A stretch of DNA of 64,000 bases from Octopus sinensis (GCF_006345805.1 NC_043013.1:53816001-53880000), one strand, 5' to 3'; shown: positions 40,402-53,419, counted from the stretch's first letter. Numbers and translations are program-made. The notes: generated from the sequence alone by a model not told the origin.

Positions 40402-42753
40402 ATGCGCCGGTATTTCTGGAGAATTTTTACGCTGTTTTCTACCATAGTGCTGCCACAGTGTGTAATCGGCCTCGGCTGCCCCTTGAAATGTTCCTGTCAC
40501 GGAAATATAGTCGATTGTATCGGTGCCAATTTATCCTCTGTTCCTTTGAATATACCAATAGACACAAAATATTTAAATCTAAATAACAATAATATTCGAA
40601 GTTTGGAAAGCACGCCATTCCAAAATCTGAAAATGCTTACGCGTTTATCGTTGCGTGACAATCAGATTTCTGTGATTGATGAGAAGACATTTAAAGAACT
40701 CCCTCAACTGTCTGCGTTATACTTACAACGGAATTATTTGCATTCTTTGAATCCTGGTACTTTTTCAGGAGCTTCGAATCTTCGTGATTTGGATTTGTCC
40801 ACAAATAAACTATCAGATATAAACGGAATATTAAAAAATCTTACTAATTTACAAAACTTGTATATTTCCGAAAATCTCATTAGTCATCTCGACGAAAACA
40901 GTTTTTCAGACCAAGTTCACCTAAAACTATTAGAACTTAGCAATAATTTGCTGAAAAAGCTTAATTTGAAAGCATTTCAGAACTTGAAAAATTTATCGAT
41001 ATTGAAAGTTGATCAAAATAAGATTGACGGTATTAGCGAATCTCTTCCCGATGGAATTCCTCTACAGATGTTGGATTTATCTAGATGCGAAATACGGGTA
41101 TTTCCTTCAGAAATGCCAAAGACTGTGGAATATTTAAATTTAGGTATGAACAAGCTGAAATCAATCTCACGAGATAATCTCAAGAACCTAACTTTCTTAA
41201 AAATGTTGATACTTGATAATAACAGAATAAATTCTATAGAAGATAAAACTTTCGGTGGATTTACAAATCTTCAGGAACTGTGGCTGAATCACAACGCAAT
41301 TTCATTTTTCCCCAAGTATTTACCACCTTCCTTGACATCATTAGTGCTAGACTATAATAAGATCAAGGAAATCCCTCCGAATACTTTTCCCGAAAATTCG
41401 GCCTTGCAAACAATTTCATTACAAGGCAATAATTTGGATAACATAAGCGAGGACGCATTTGTGGACTTGCTAAATCTTAAGGAACTGATACTCGATGGCA
41501 ATCACCTTGTACATATCCAAGACCGGGCTTTTTCTAGTTTGACGAATCTAGAAACGCTAACGTTAAACAGATGTCCTCTGCGGGTTATAAAAAAGGATGC
41601 ATTTAAAGGATTAACGAAACTGAAACAACTGTACATGACTTTCGTACAAGAACCAACGATTGAAATTGAAGACTTCGCTGGTAATTTGCCTTCTCTGGAA
41701 ATACTGGATATTCAGTCAAGCCCATCTTTAATTGAAAATATTACCAATTCAGAATCATTTTTATTGGTTCTAAATCAAACAGCCACGGGACTAAAAGAAT
41801 TTAACATCATGAATGGCTATCTTACCACATTGCCAGCATCTGTCAGAACATACATGTCGGGGGTAAGAATTATGAAAATAGCTGGAAATCTTTGGTTTTG
41901 TGACGAAGAACTTATTACCCTTTATAAATGGTTAGCAACAGAACCAGATCAATTTATACAAAAAGATCAAATTACTTGTGTTATGCCGAAAAACCTACGA
42001 GGTCTTCCAATACATAATTTAACTACGGAATCGTTTGTTGAAATGTCGACCTTGAGAAAAATGAAAAAAGATCCCGCTGAATTTTTAAATTTCGTTAAAA
42101 CTTACGAGGAACGAATAATAGTAAAGGATGTGGGTGACATGTCGAGTAACGAAGCCAATGAAATATTCTACAAGATGACCGAGTATTGTCCAATAAATAA
42201 CGAACAAATCGCTAATACAGATGACTATCGTTTCAGTGGGGAGCAAAGCGCAACGTCACCGTTTCGTCACATAATTGAATTCAAGAGCAACGATTCAAAC
42301 TCTATGGAACGAAATAGTTCAAAAATCAATAACAATTACGCGAGTGCTTCTGAACAGACTAAAATTGAATCAACAGAAAATTCAAATACCAAAGTTGCCA
42401 AAAGCTACGAAGTTGCAACACAAACAAAGACAAGCAACAAACCAAGCGTACATATGAAACATTACCACTTCACTTCTTTTTCTTCTTCCTCTCTAGCTAT
42501 GTCGACAAACTTATTTAAAACAAGAATTTTTAATGTAGACAAACAATCGCCCTCTGTTACAATAAAAAGGACTACCACTGTATCAACTAGCCCACCACAG
42601 AACGAATCACCTCACTATTTGAAAATATGGGCGTCAGCAGCTTCCATAACTACCGTGGGTATTTCCTTAGCAACAGGTTCTTTGTTCTATTTTGTCCTCC
42701 GTTTTAGACGCAAAAAATCACAGACTAGAAATAATCGACAGTATTCTATATAA
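40402..42753 (+). CDS. single-exon leucine-rich-repeat type I transmembrane protein (783 aa)
   Basis: Signal peptide MRRYFWRIFTLFSTIVLPQCVIG; LRRNT CPLKCSCHGNIVDC; about 18 LxxLxLxxN repeats, including short SLRP/FLRT-like units (FPKYLPPSLTSLVLDYNKI); LRRCT GNLWFCD..WL..ITCVMP; Ser/Thr-rich stalk; TM IWASAASITTVGISLATGSLFYFVL; basic stop-transfer RFRRKK. The first ATG is at 40402 (the track's 40378 start is GTG). Confidence 0.96.
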   Translation: MRRYFWRIFTLFSTIVLPQCVIGLGCPLKCSCHGNIVDCIGANLSSVPLNIPIDTKYLNLNNNNIRSLESTPFQNLKMLTRLSLRDNQISVIDEKTFKELPQLSALYLQRNYLHSLNPGTFSGASNLRDLDLSTNKLSDINGILKNLTNLQNLYISENLISHLDENSFSDQVHLKLLELSNNLLKKLNLKAFQNLKNLSILKVDQNKIDGISESLPDGIPLQMLDLSRCEIRVFPSEMPKTVEYLNLGMNKLKSISRDNLKNLTFLKMLILDNNRINSIEDKTFGGFTNLQELWLNHNAISFFPKYLPPSLTSLVLDYNKIKEIPPNTFPENSALQTISLQGNNLDNISEDAFVDLLNLKELILDGNHLVHIQDRAFSSLTNLETLTLNRCPLRVIKKDAFKGLTKLKQLYMTFVQEPTIEIEDFAGNLPSLEILDIQSSPSLIENITNSESFLLVLNQTATGLKEFNIMNGYLTTLPASVRTYMSGVRIMKIAGNLWFCDEELITLYKWLATEPDQFIQKDQITCVMPKNLRGLPIHNLTTESFVEMSTLRKMKKDPAEFLNFVKTYEERIIVKDVGDMSSNEANEIFYKMTEYCPINNEQIANTDDYRFSGEQSATSPFRHIIEFKSNDSNSMERNSSKINNNYASASEQTKIESTENSNTKVAKSYEVATQTKTSNKPSVHMKHYHFTSFSSSSLAMSTNLFKTRIFNVDKQSPSVTIKRTTTVSTSPPQNESPHYLKIWASAASITTVGISLATGSLFYFVLRFRRKKSQTRNNRQYSI

Positions 42754-43486
42754 CAAGGAAACAACAGTAATTTTAGGTAATTTTTTTTTTCTCTCATTTG
42801 CATCTTTATTTTCCCCCATCGTTTCAAGGGGGTAACTGTAAATAACTTCATTGTTTTAACATATGCTGAGTGTTTCCATTTGGTGATTGTTTTTTTTTTG
42901 TTTTTTTGGCGTGTTCTTTTTTTGCATTTTTTTTTTTACATTCACATCTCCCATCAACGCATATTATTATTAATGATGAAATATTTCTCGTCTCAGCCAT
43001 TATATTTTATTTCGCTCGTCTCATTGTTTCATGTTTGTCATTTACCAGCATTAATTCTAGGGATTTCTTAAGCAATTATTTTTATACTTTATCCATCGTA
43101 ACCATTTCAAAAAAAAAATGTGTCCTCAAGCTCCAATTATGTGTGTATACGCAGCACACACACATACACACATGTTTACGTGTGTGTGTGTGTGTGCATG
43201 TGTAAGTTACATATATATATATATATATACACACACAAACACACATACATATATACGTACGTATGTATGCATGTATGCATGTATGTATGTATGCATATAT
43301 GTATGTATGTATGTGTGTATGTATGTCTTTACAATTTGTCTTAACATCTGTAAATTCTCCGTGATGTTCACAATGCACCATTTTGAAATTACCGTACTTC
43401 ATTCTGTTACCCTTTTACTAAAAACAGTCGGTCACTATTGGATCCACGATTACTTTTATGTATTTAACATTAATTTATCATTCCCT

Positions 43487-43805
43487 CGTCACATCGCTCA
43501 GTGGATAGAGCGTCGGGCTCGCAATCATGATGTAGTGAGTTCGATTCCCTGACCGGGCTGTGTGTTGTGTTCTTGAGCAAGACACTTTATTTCACATTGC
43601 TCCAGTTCACTCAGCTGTAGAAATGAGTTGCGACATCACTGGTGCCAAGCTGTATCGGCCCCTTTGCTTTTCCCGTGGATAACATCGGTAGCATTGAGAG
43701 GGGAAGCTGGTATGCATGGCCGACTGCTGGTCTTCCATAAACGAAGTTGCCTTGACTTGTACTTCGGAGGGTAATTTTCGGTCATTTATAACCGAAGGGG
43801 GTCTT
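43487..43805 (+). mobile_element. SINE family C
   Basis: GCTCAGTGGATAGAGCGTCGGGCTCGC..GAGTTCGATTCCC; body matches 34768-35108. Confidence 0.88.
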
Positions 43806-44054
43806 TGCACCTTTACCCAATTATTACCTCGTCTATATAAAACCTGGTTCCTGACACTGATAGCAACCAAAACGTATAAAAAATGTAGAAGTGTATTGAA
43901 ATAGTGTAAATATTAAATATATGCATAAAATGAACTAAACAGCAGCTAATTCTTCCGTCATGTCTATACGAGCAAGTCACAGCTACATGAGGCTGTATAA
44001 GCCATTTATATATTCTTTCTCTTATAGACTTAAGAGCTGAAGTGTTTGATGGGA

Positions 44055-44215
44055 GAGAGGGTCAGTCGACTACATAGAGCCTCAATGTTCAACTGGTACT
44101 TATTTTATTGTCCTCGAAAGAATGAAAAGCAACGACGACTTCGGCGGTATTTGAACTCAGAGCTGGAAGTATTGCCGCTAAGCATTTTGTCCATTATTCT
44201 TCCGCCAGCTCGCCG
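44055..44215 (-). mobile_element. SINE family B, diverged
   Basis: GGTACTTATTTTATTG..GACTTCGGCGGTATTTGAACTCAG..CCGCTAAGCATTTTG. Confidence 0.7.
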
Positions 44216-44407
44216 CCTGAAGTCACGTATATATTAGACTATAAACGTTTTGCTATATTAGATTATATAAGTCACAAAAGATATGTTAGACTGTGTAAGT
44301 CACTGCTATGCTACACTAATACATTAGACTTTTGACTAATGTTACACTAATATTTTACACTATAGCAATAATGTACAAAGTATATAATTGAATAAAATAT
44401 TTCTGAA

Positions 44408-44448
<41 letters not shown>

Positions 44449-44871
44449 ATTCTCGTTCCAATTTTGTATTTTAAGCTGAATCTTTTACCAAATATAATCC
44501 CCCCCAAAAAAATGGAATGGTGTTTCCGAAGTTTATTTTTATATTATCACCAGAGGAGACCTTCTTTGAATTAGAGGTTTACATCTGACCCAAAGCAGGG
44601 CCTAGAAATATGACAATCAAACACACGACTTCTAGAATCGTCTCGACGAGATCTTTAAGTGTTCTAACAAGCCATTCGAAAACAATCATCAGTAATTTAA
44701 TTGTTCACCCACGTGATATATCCATGTTAATGACACATTATGTTTATATATTTATTCTTCATGCTCTACCGATTCTTTCAGCAAAGAAAGAGATGTCTTT
44801 GAAATAATATGCGATGTGCTATTTATCGGACAACCGTTTTCTATGTTTAACTGAGTCGACAATCACAGTCG

Positions 44872-45350
44872 TGCCTGTGAAAGAGAAACAGCGACGATTT
44901 GTTTCTGAGTAATATAGGAAACGCCTAGGTGTATCTCGGCGGTACAGGCAACTACGAGTTGTGGCTAGCAGGCTGGTCAACTAAGTGCAATGTCGGGACT
45001 TTGTCTGGTACTACAGACAAGGCCTAGATGCATCTAGGTACTGCAAACATCTAAAATTTGTATCGAGGGTAGTACAGACAGCTACAAGTTATATCTGAGT
45101 AGCACAGACGAAGCCGAGACTATCTTGAGGCTGCGAACAACCAAGGCTGTGTGTGAGCTGTGCAGACAACTACAAACTGTATCTAAGCAGTACAGATTGC
45201 CACAACCTACTTCAGGGTAGTGCGAACAGTGATAAACTGCGACTGCGCACTGCAGGCAATGCCTACAACTATCTCGGCACTGCAGACAGTCAGAGATTAT
45301 GTCTGGACAATTCAAACATCTACAGACGATGTTTAAGTCGTTCCATGTGA
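44872..45350 (+). repeat. decayed 30-bp (10-codon) tandem repeat, consensus about YLGTADNYKL
   Basis: Units such as tat ctc ggc ggt aca ggc aac tac gag ttg (44932), tat cta agc agt aca gat tgc cac aac cta (45180), tat ctc ggc act gca gac agt cag aga tta (45270); about 16 units with stops and +/-1 indels. Confidence 0.8.
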
Positions 45351-45685
45351 CTTCAACCTCAGACATTTCATTGAAATGTATGATTGACTAAACAATATCA
45401 GTACCGCCAATAAAGTAATGAGAAGGACTCCGTTAAGAAACCTAGTTTTCCGAAGGTTGTTGCATATTGCCAAGATAAACCACCATCATCATCATCATCA
45501 TCATTGTCATTATCACTAGCATCTATATAATTAAGACGTCATCAGATGCTTTTAAGTTCTCAGTCCTCAGGTTTTCTACTTCGCCTTTTTATTTCACAAA
45601 ATTTAAAATGCCATTCAGATATTGGAGATCAACTTGCCTATATTCCCCCATCCCTGCACCACCACCAACCATACACACACACACA

Positions 45686-45728
<43 letters not shown>

Positions 45729-47204
45729 AATTGGTGCATTTATTTTAAGACAAGAAGCAATCACTCTTGTCTTTTCCTTTGTGAATTCTGGAAACCGGCG
45801 AGGAACACTTCGCCAATATACTCGCCATACTGCCAGTTGCGTGAAAAAACTTGGAGAGGAAATACGAGGAGATTCCCTCGCTCTTATTTAACGTCAAGGA
45901 GTGATTTTGAGGGATAATAGGCTGCTCTTTCCAGCGGTTCGACAGATCAGTTTAAGCGCTGATTGCCAACTGTTTTGTTTGCTACCACGGACATGTTATA
46001 TTTAAATCATCTTTTGCTTGGATGAAAGGCTTTCGAAAAATTTGCCTATTCAACAAGCTCGACGACTCCCTATATTTCTTTGTGAAGTCTCGTTTTCGGA
46101 AGCAGTTTCAGGCTCCCTTGATGATTGGTGTTTTTGACGTTATTACTATTGTATTACTGTTGTATTATTGTTGATTGTTAAAAATCGATGATACCGCGAC
46201 TACTAATACAACTATTTCTAACACTGTTGCAAGTAATAACTGCTTCATTTTGGTTCCCATTCCAGTTTGTACTGTTGTGTTTTAATTACATTTATTTATT
46301 CACTTTATAATTATTTCTTCATACATTAACTAATTATTACTAAAATATTTAATGAGTTGTCTTTTATTTTGTAGTATGTGTAGTGTATTTATTGCAGTTT
46401 TCTTTCATTTTACCCTTCACCCCATGCACAGAGTTCTGTCAAATTGCAAGAAGAGTCGAGCGAATTGAACAGAACATAACTTGCACCGCATACACAATTC
46501 CCTTACAAAATATTTCCCCCCTTTATCTAAATAATTGTTATTCATCTCATTTTGAAATGATATTTCTGTTACAATTAAATGGAATTCAAATCAATGTTTT
46601 GTTATAACGGATTGCAACACGAAATAACTATTATTACAGAAAAAAATTTAAGAAAAAGAGTGAGAGGGAGTGAGAGGGAGAGAGGGAGATTTTTTTGTTG
46701 CTTCCCAGTTTTTTTTCTTTCTTTTCTCTTCGTTAAAAAATATATTTGATATAAATTGACAAATTCTTATTTTTCGACAGATTTTAGACAATTTTTTTTT
46801 CTCTATTACATATATTATTGAGCGTTCTATTTTTATATGGAAATTACTTTTTGACTCGTGTGTGGAATTGGTAAATAACTGTGCTGAGATTGGACTGTTA
46901 TAGGAAATGTTTCAATAAAAAACTGTCTTTTGTTTCTGTAATATAATTTACAATAAAATGAAAAATTCAACAATAAAAGAAAGAAAAACAAACACATCTT
47001 CGTTTGTTTGTTTTTGTTTTTCAATGACAATTTGTGTATGATATAAACTTTGTATATACCAATTTACATTATATATTTGTAACTATTTTATATGTCATTA
47101 TATGCTATGTTATATATTTATACTGTGTTATAAGTATCTTATATTTGTATAGTGTGTTATGTTGTACATGTATACCGTTATTATATGTTAATGTGTTATG
47201 TTCA

Positions 47205-47525
47205 ATGTGGTGAGCTGGCAGAATCGTTAGCACACCGGGCTAAATGCATAGCGGTATTTCGTCTGCCGTTTCGTTCTGAGTTCAAATTCCGGAGAGGTCG
47301 ACTTTGCCTGTCATCCTTTCGGGGTCGATGAATTAAGTACTGGGGTCGATCTAATCGACTGGCTCCCCTCCCCCAAAATTTCGTGCCTTGTGCCTAGAGT
47401 AGAAAAGAATCGTTTGGACACTGGGCATTTCGTCCGTCTTTACGTTCTTAGATCAAATTCCACGAGGTCCACTTTGCCTTTCAGGGGTCGATAAAATAAG
47501 TACCAGTTGAACACTGGAGATCGAT
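47205..47525 (+). mobile_element. two consecutive family B SINE copies
   Basis: GGTGAGCTGGCAGAATCGTTAGC..GAGTTCAAATTCC..GGTCGACTTTGCCTGTCATCCTTTCGGGG, then a second, truncated copy from about 47410. Confidence 0.82.
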
Positions 47526-48070
47526 ATAAATCAATACGTTATGTTATATATGTATACTGTTTTATAATGTATATGTAAAGTACGTTTTGTTTGTGTGTGA
47601 ATGTAATTAATATTTGTATGTGTATTTGTATGTGTATTGGTAAGTATGCAGTGGCGAACTGGGTCTAAAAATATTGGTTGCCAGGAGACTAAGGGGACCC
47701 ACCCGCAACTACAATGCTATCATTGATTTTTTATTTATTTATTTGAAACTATTCTTTTCAGCTGTCTACAAAGACGGCCAGGCTGAAATAATGCATTCTT
47801 CCAGGAGTGTATAAAAAATTCTCAAACTTAAGGGGATGAGCTCCTTAGATACTAACATGGGCTGTTAACTACTGACAGTACTTGTTATTGGTGGTGAAAT
47901 ACACATTATGTGGTCATTTCATCCTTACAAAATACAACATTAACTGCAAAATATAAATTATAAGAATTGTACCTTGTAAATATATCATTATATGTTGTGC
48001 ATGACACAAATGACTCATATAAAACTCAATTTGTGGGAAGAGTGAAAAGATATTAATTACTTTTGATATA

Positions 48071-48490
48071 GGCACAGGAGTGGCTGTGTGGTAAGTAGCT
48101 TGCTTACCAACCACATGGTTCCAGGTTCAGTACCACTGCGTGGCACCTTGCGCAAGTGTCTTTACTATAATCTTGGGCCAAACAAAGCCTTGTGAGTGGA
48201 TTTGGTAGATGGAAACTGAAAGAAGCCCGTCGCATATGTGTGTGTGTGTGGTGTGTGTGTGTGTGTGTGTGTGTGTGTCTGTGTGTGTGTGTGTGTGTTT
48301 GTCACTCCGAACATCGTTTGACATGCGATGCTGGTGTGTTTATGTCCCCGTAATCCAGCGGTTCGGCAAAAAATGACCGATAGAATAAGTACTAGGCTTG
48401 CAAAGAATAAGGCCTGGGGTCTATTTGCTCGATTAAAAAGGTGGTGCTCCAGCATGGCCGCAGTCAAATGACTGAAACAAGTAAAAGAAT
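48071..48490 (+). mobile_element. SINE family A, near full length
   Basis: GGAGTGGCTGTGTGGTAAGTAGC head through the GACTGAAACAAGTAAAAG tail. Confidence 0.9.
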
Positions 48491-49365
48491 AAACGATTAA
48501 AAGAATAGTAAACACACACACACATGTAAAATACAAAGTTTGTGAAGTATTTTTACCTGTTGAGGTGAGAAATACTGATGAGTAAAGTTGTTTAAATTCA
48601 GAAGAATCGGTTGTGCATTGACAATTAATTGTGTTGAACAACTCCAGACTTGAAATATTATCCTCGGTTGATTTCTTGAATGAAATAGTAACGCTAAGAG
48701 ATCCGCATACCAAGAAGTTATTGAGAATTTTAACAGAATTTGTACTCTACAGAATATTGACCAAAAAAAAGCCAAACAAAAGCAAGACAACTAAAAATAT
48801 GAATAAAAAGTGATATAAGGAAGATTTAAGAAAAGTGAATTCAAAAGATAACAAATACGAACGCGACTGTAATCTAAAGAAGATGGTTAAAGAATTAAAA
48901 ACAACAGATCACCCCATTGATCATCGTAATTTCCTTCCAGGGATAAAATTCGACAGTAAAAAAAAGTAGCAACAATGAGAAACACAGATGTTGTCATCAC
49001 AGACTTAAAGAAACCGAGATTGGTATTAACACTTTTAGGTTAAATGAAATATTTATAGCAGCCACCATAGTTAGAGAATAGTGAATGTCTTCAGATCTCC
49101 TCAGATAGAAATGCCAAAACCGATGCAACAAATATGGAGAATAAATATAGAAAAAAAAGAAGGCAGAAAGACCTTTCAATCCTTAACGAAGCCAAAACGA
49201 AAAGAGAGAAATTAAGACGCAATATAATGAGACGAGAAACAAAGTATCTGGAAACGAAGAACGCCTGAAATAAGAATTCCTTGCTAAATCTTCCGGTTTC
49301 AGTAATAACTATTTCTCTTTTAAGTTCTTGGCCGGCAAATTTGAAAATTGTAGGTTTGTGAGTTA

Positions 49366-49625
49366 GGCGCTGACATGGCTATGTGGGAAGAAGCTTGCTT
49401 CCCAACCACATGGTTCCGGGTTCAAATACAACTTTGTGGCTCCTTGGGCAAGTTTTTTTCTACTATAGCCTCGCGCCGACCAAAGACTTGTGAGTTGATT
49501 TGGTAGACAGAAACTGAAGGAAGACCGTCATGTGCGTGTGTTTGTTTGTCCACCCACCGCTTGATGTGATTACGTCCCCGTAACTTAGCAGTTTGGCAAA
49601 GTGACAAAATAAGTACCAAGCTTAT
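49366..49625 (+). mobile_element. SINE family A, 3'-truncated
   Basis: GGCGCTGACATGGCTATGTGGGAAG..CCACATGGTTCCGGGTTCAAAT..CCCCGTAACTTAGCAGTTTGGC. Confidence 0.78.
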
Positions 49626-50181
49626 ATATATATATATAAAAGCTTGGTACTTATTTTGTCCATTTATATATATATTCAATTAGCCTCGTTAAGTGATAAG
49701 ATTTTGTCTAATATAATGATTTAATAATTGCTATTTTAATCTTTAGACCTAATTGAAACAGCTGTCAGAGACTATGTTGGAATTTTGCAGATAACAATTT
49801 TTTTTAAATGCTATATCTCCATTTCTTCATTTTCTTAGGTAATTTTGGCCAGTAATTTTGAGGGGAGGGGGTCTTAGTCTATACTATCCATTCCAGTACT
49901 TGACTGGTGATGCATTTTATGGATCCGCAAAAGGTTCGAAAGGCAAAGTTGACATTGGTGAGATTTTGAGCCGGAAGAAATGCCGCTAAGCATTTTTGTC
50001 AAACGTTAATGATTTTGCCTATCGCTGATGATGATGATGGAAATGATGATAACGATGGAAATGATAATGATGAAGTAGATGATGATGATGGCGATGGTGG
50101 CTGTGATGGTGGTGGTGGTTTTGATTATAATGATGATGACGTTAATAATAATCCGTTCTACTAAAATTTTGGAGGAAGGTG

Positions 50182-50552
50182 AAAGTCGATTACATCGACC
50201 CTAGTGCGTAACTGATACTTATTTAATCGACCCCGAAAGGATTAAAGGTAAAGTCGACCTCGGCGGAGTTTGAACTCAGAACATAGCGTCGGGCAAAATT
50301 ACCACTAAGCATTTCACCCGGTGTGCTAACGATACTGCCAGCTCGCCGCCTTAATAATGAAAATAATAATGGTTTCAAATTTAGGCACAAAGCCAGCTAA
50401 TATTAACAGCAGTGGTTTCAAAGTCCACCGAGGTTGACTTTGCCTTCCATCCCATCGGGGCCGATAAAATAAGTACCAGCTGAACTCTGGGGTCGATCTA
50501 ATCGACTTCCCATCCCCCGAAATTGCAGGCCTTGTGCCAAAATCTGAAATCA
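50182..50552. mobile_element. head-to-head family B SINE pair (50182-50350 minus; 50416-50552 plus)
   Basis: Both copies carry the GAGGTCGACTTTGCC..TCGGGG.CGAT.AAATAAGTA.CAG domain, in opposite orientations. Confidence 0.85.
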
Positions 50553-50594
50553 ATATTAGCAGCAGTGGTTGTAGTAGTAATAATAGTAGTAGTA

Positions 50595-50656
<62 letters not shown>

Positions 50657-51533
50657 AACGTGAGTGACAATAACCTTTAAACAAAAATACAATTATATTT
50701 GCAATTTGATTCTAGTTGTCGGAATTATTCAACGGGGTGGGGAGGAGAAGGAAGGAAAGAAAGAAAGAAAGAACACATAATTCTAAGCGGACGGCATCAG
50801 ATGAAGTGAAAATGGTGAAACTGATTCCTGATGGCGGCGACCAGTTTTTAATGAACAGAGACACTTGACATGTGTGCAAGATGAGGATGTTATTCCGGGG
50901 AAATGGCTAACAACGTGTATCATGTTAATTTGTCTTGTCGGTAAAATAAAGACAAAACAAATGTACTTCAGAAGAAGGAAATTTTGATAAGCAGAAACAA
51001 ATACACTCAGATTTTCGTCTACTTACAGCGCCAAAAAGAGAATTATAATAGCAAAGAAGGGAATTCCTAAATCTCTTAGAACTGAAATCAATAGGGGAAT
51101 TATAATCTGGAGAATCTGAAATTCATCACCGAATGTCGTTTTATTTGGCTACTTTTCAAGTTGGACAGTAAAACGTTTAACATTTCTAAAGATTGTATAT
51201 CACGATAGGAGGATATTACATGGGCATATTGTGTTTAATGATATCGATGGTATCACAGTAGATACCATGTAACTTTGTTATTGGCATGAGAATCAGTAAT
51301 ATATCCATCTTTCGCAGACTGCTTTCGATACCAAATTCTTTCTGGTGCTTCATTCTACGTACATTCTTTTCCAGAACCATTTATAAATGGAATAGCATAC
51401 ATTTGGCTCAGACAAATCATGAAAAATTCTTTAACTAAAAGACTCTTGAAATGACACACATCGTCTGACAATCTTCCAAAATAGATTATGATTGAATTCG
51501 TGCGTGTGTCGTTAGCTGTGTGTGTGTGTGTGT

Positions 51534-51620
<87 letters not shown>

Positions 51621-53419
51621 GTGTGTATGTAATAAAGAAAGAGAAAGGAGGAAAACGAACGAGAGAAAGTTCGATAGAAAGATGTATGTGAAATCTCGAT
51701 GTTTGCATTCCAGCATTTCATCAAAAGTGACCTGCAACTTATCAAATGTATCTTAAGCAGATAGATGTCAGCTTCAAATAACTGACCCGAAATCTCGATC
51801 GTTATGATTTCACTCTGATAACCGACAGCAGACATTAGAAATATGAGTTGAGTGAAAGTTCAGTGGGTGACTTTGACCGAAACTGCAACACTTCGACTAA
51901 AATTTTTCGTGTCTGTCACCTTCACAAAGTGAAACTAGTTGACAGTGTATTTAGTAATAAACAATATTGCTAAACTTTTAGACTATTCTAGAACACTGCA
52001 GTATTTGCCTGGTCTTAGATGTCTATGGCAAAATATATCATAGAATACCGTTCCAGTCTGGTTTTAAAAGGATGATTTACTGGGAGAAAATACTCAGTGA
52101 CTTCATCAGTACGAGAAAATTATAGTCAAGTTATTCAAGTTAGAATTGACATAATTAAAGCAGTTCATATTAAAATGGTAAGCAGGTACAGGCTGCGCTG
52201 TGAAGTGGTTCGCTTTGCAAATCGCGCCATTCCTAATTCAGACCCACAGCGCAATACCTTGAGCAAACGGCTTATATATATTGCTTCGTATAAACTAAGA
52301 CTTCGGGAGAGAATTTGGCTGATGGAAACTATGTAGAAACCTGTGGCATATATGTGAATGTGTTTATATGTGTAGCACGACCATTGTACACATAATCAAG
52401 CCGTTCCTGTGTCATAGCAACGGCTTGATCACGTGTGCACCTGAGTTATTATCCAGTCAGACGCCAGACATCATGTGAAAGATGATGTAGTGGTAACTGC
52501 AGCAACAGCAGCAGCTGCAATAACAACAGCAGTGGTTGTGATAGTAATAGTAGCTGTTATAGTTGGGTGTAAACCAGCTGAACAGGCATATGATCAAAGG
52601 CGTTCCATTTGTGACCATCCCATCATTTTTAATCCTTGTATACCCTGGACTACATTACCTAATGTGTCTTTTTTTGGAAAAATGTTAGTGTGTGAATATA
52701 AGGGAGATTTGCCTTCTATTTCTAGCTATTAGCGTGATCTTGGCTTGTGTTGCAGGGCAAGAAGAGAAATAAAGATGTGGCGGTGAAGAGCAATAAAACT
52801 ATTCTTGAAGGAAGTTGCGACATTGTTGCTGCTGCTGCTGCTGTTGTTGTTGTTGTGGTTGTTTAGCACCAGATCACTTTTCTTTGAGCAGAGCCGAACT
52901 AGGATCAAAGGCGTTCCAGCCATGACCACTTCGTTTTATTTAGAACAAAACTGTCTCACCAGGCCTTCCTTTTTCTAAAGGTTATGAACAGAGACTTTGG
53001 CTGCTTTCTCTAGCAGAGACAACACAGACGAACTGGATGTGGGGCATTCATTTGATTAATGCTTGTTCTGTCTTGATATATTTGGAGAAGACTTGGAATT
53101 TTGATGTTTCTGTCCAAACTGTGTGCTCTGAGGTTCAATAACAGTCTGCAGACACCTTGAGCAAGTGTCTTTTACTGCTTTAGGTCAACCAAGTGTAAAT
53201 TAGACGGAAACTGTGTGGAAGCCTCTTGAAGTGACTCTTTCTGTTTTGGGGTGATAACCATAGCCCTTCGTCCAGCCCACCACCTCAAGCCCTTGCCAGA
53301 CTTCAACAATGTCAGCTCCTTGCAGACATTCAAAAACCGGTTCTCTTTTCTCAGAATAAACAACATTCGTTTCCTTCCATTGTCCTCCAAGGCCTTGTTC
53401 AAATGAGTCATTGATGCCC

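Noticed and set aside
46900-46980. Poly(A) signals of the LRR gene
   Set aside because: Several AATAAA hexamers occur, but they are frequent by chance in AT-rich DNA about 4 kb from the stop; transcript data are needed.
47608-47930. hAT-like element starting CAGTGGCGAACTGG
   Set aside because: No matching second TIR or 8-bp TSD found, so it is not supportable as a defined element.
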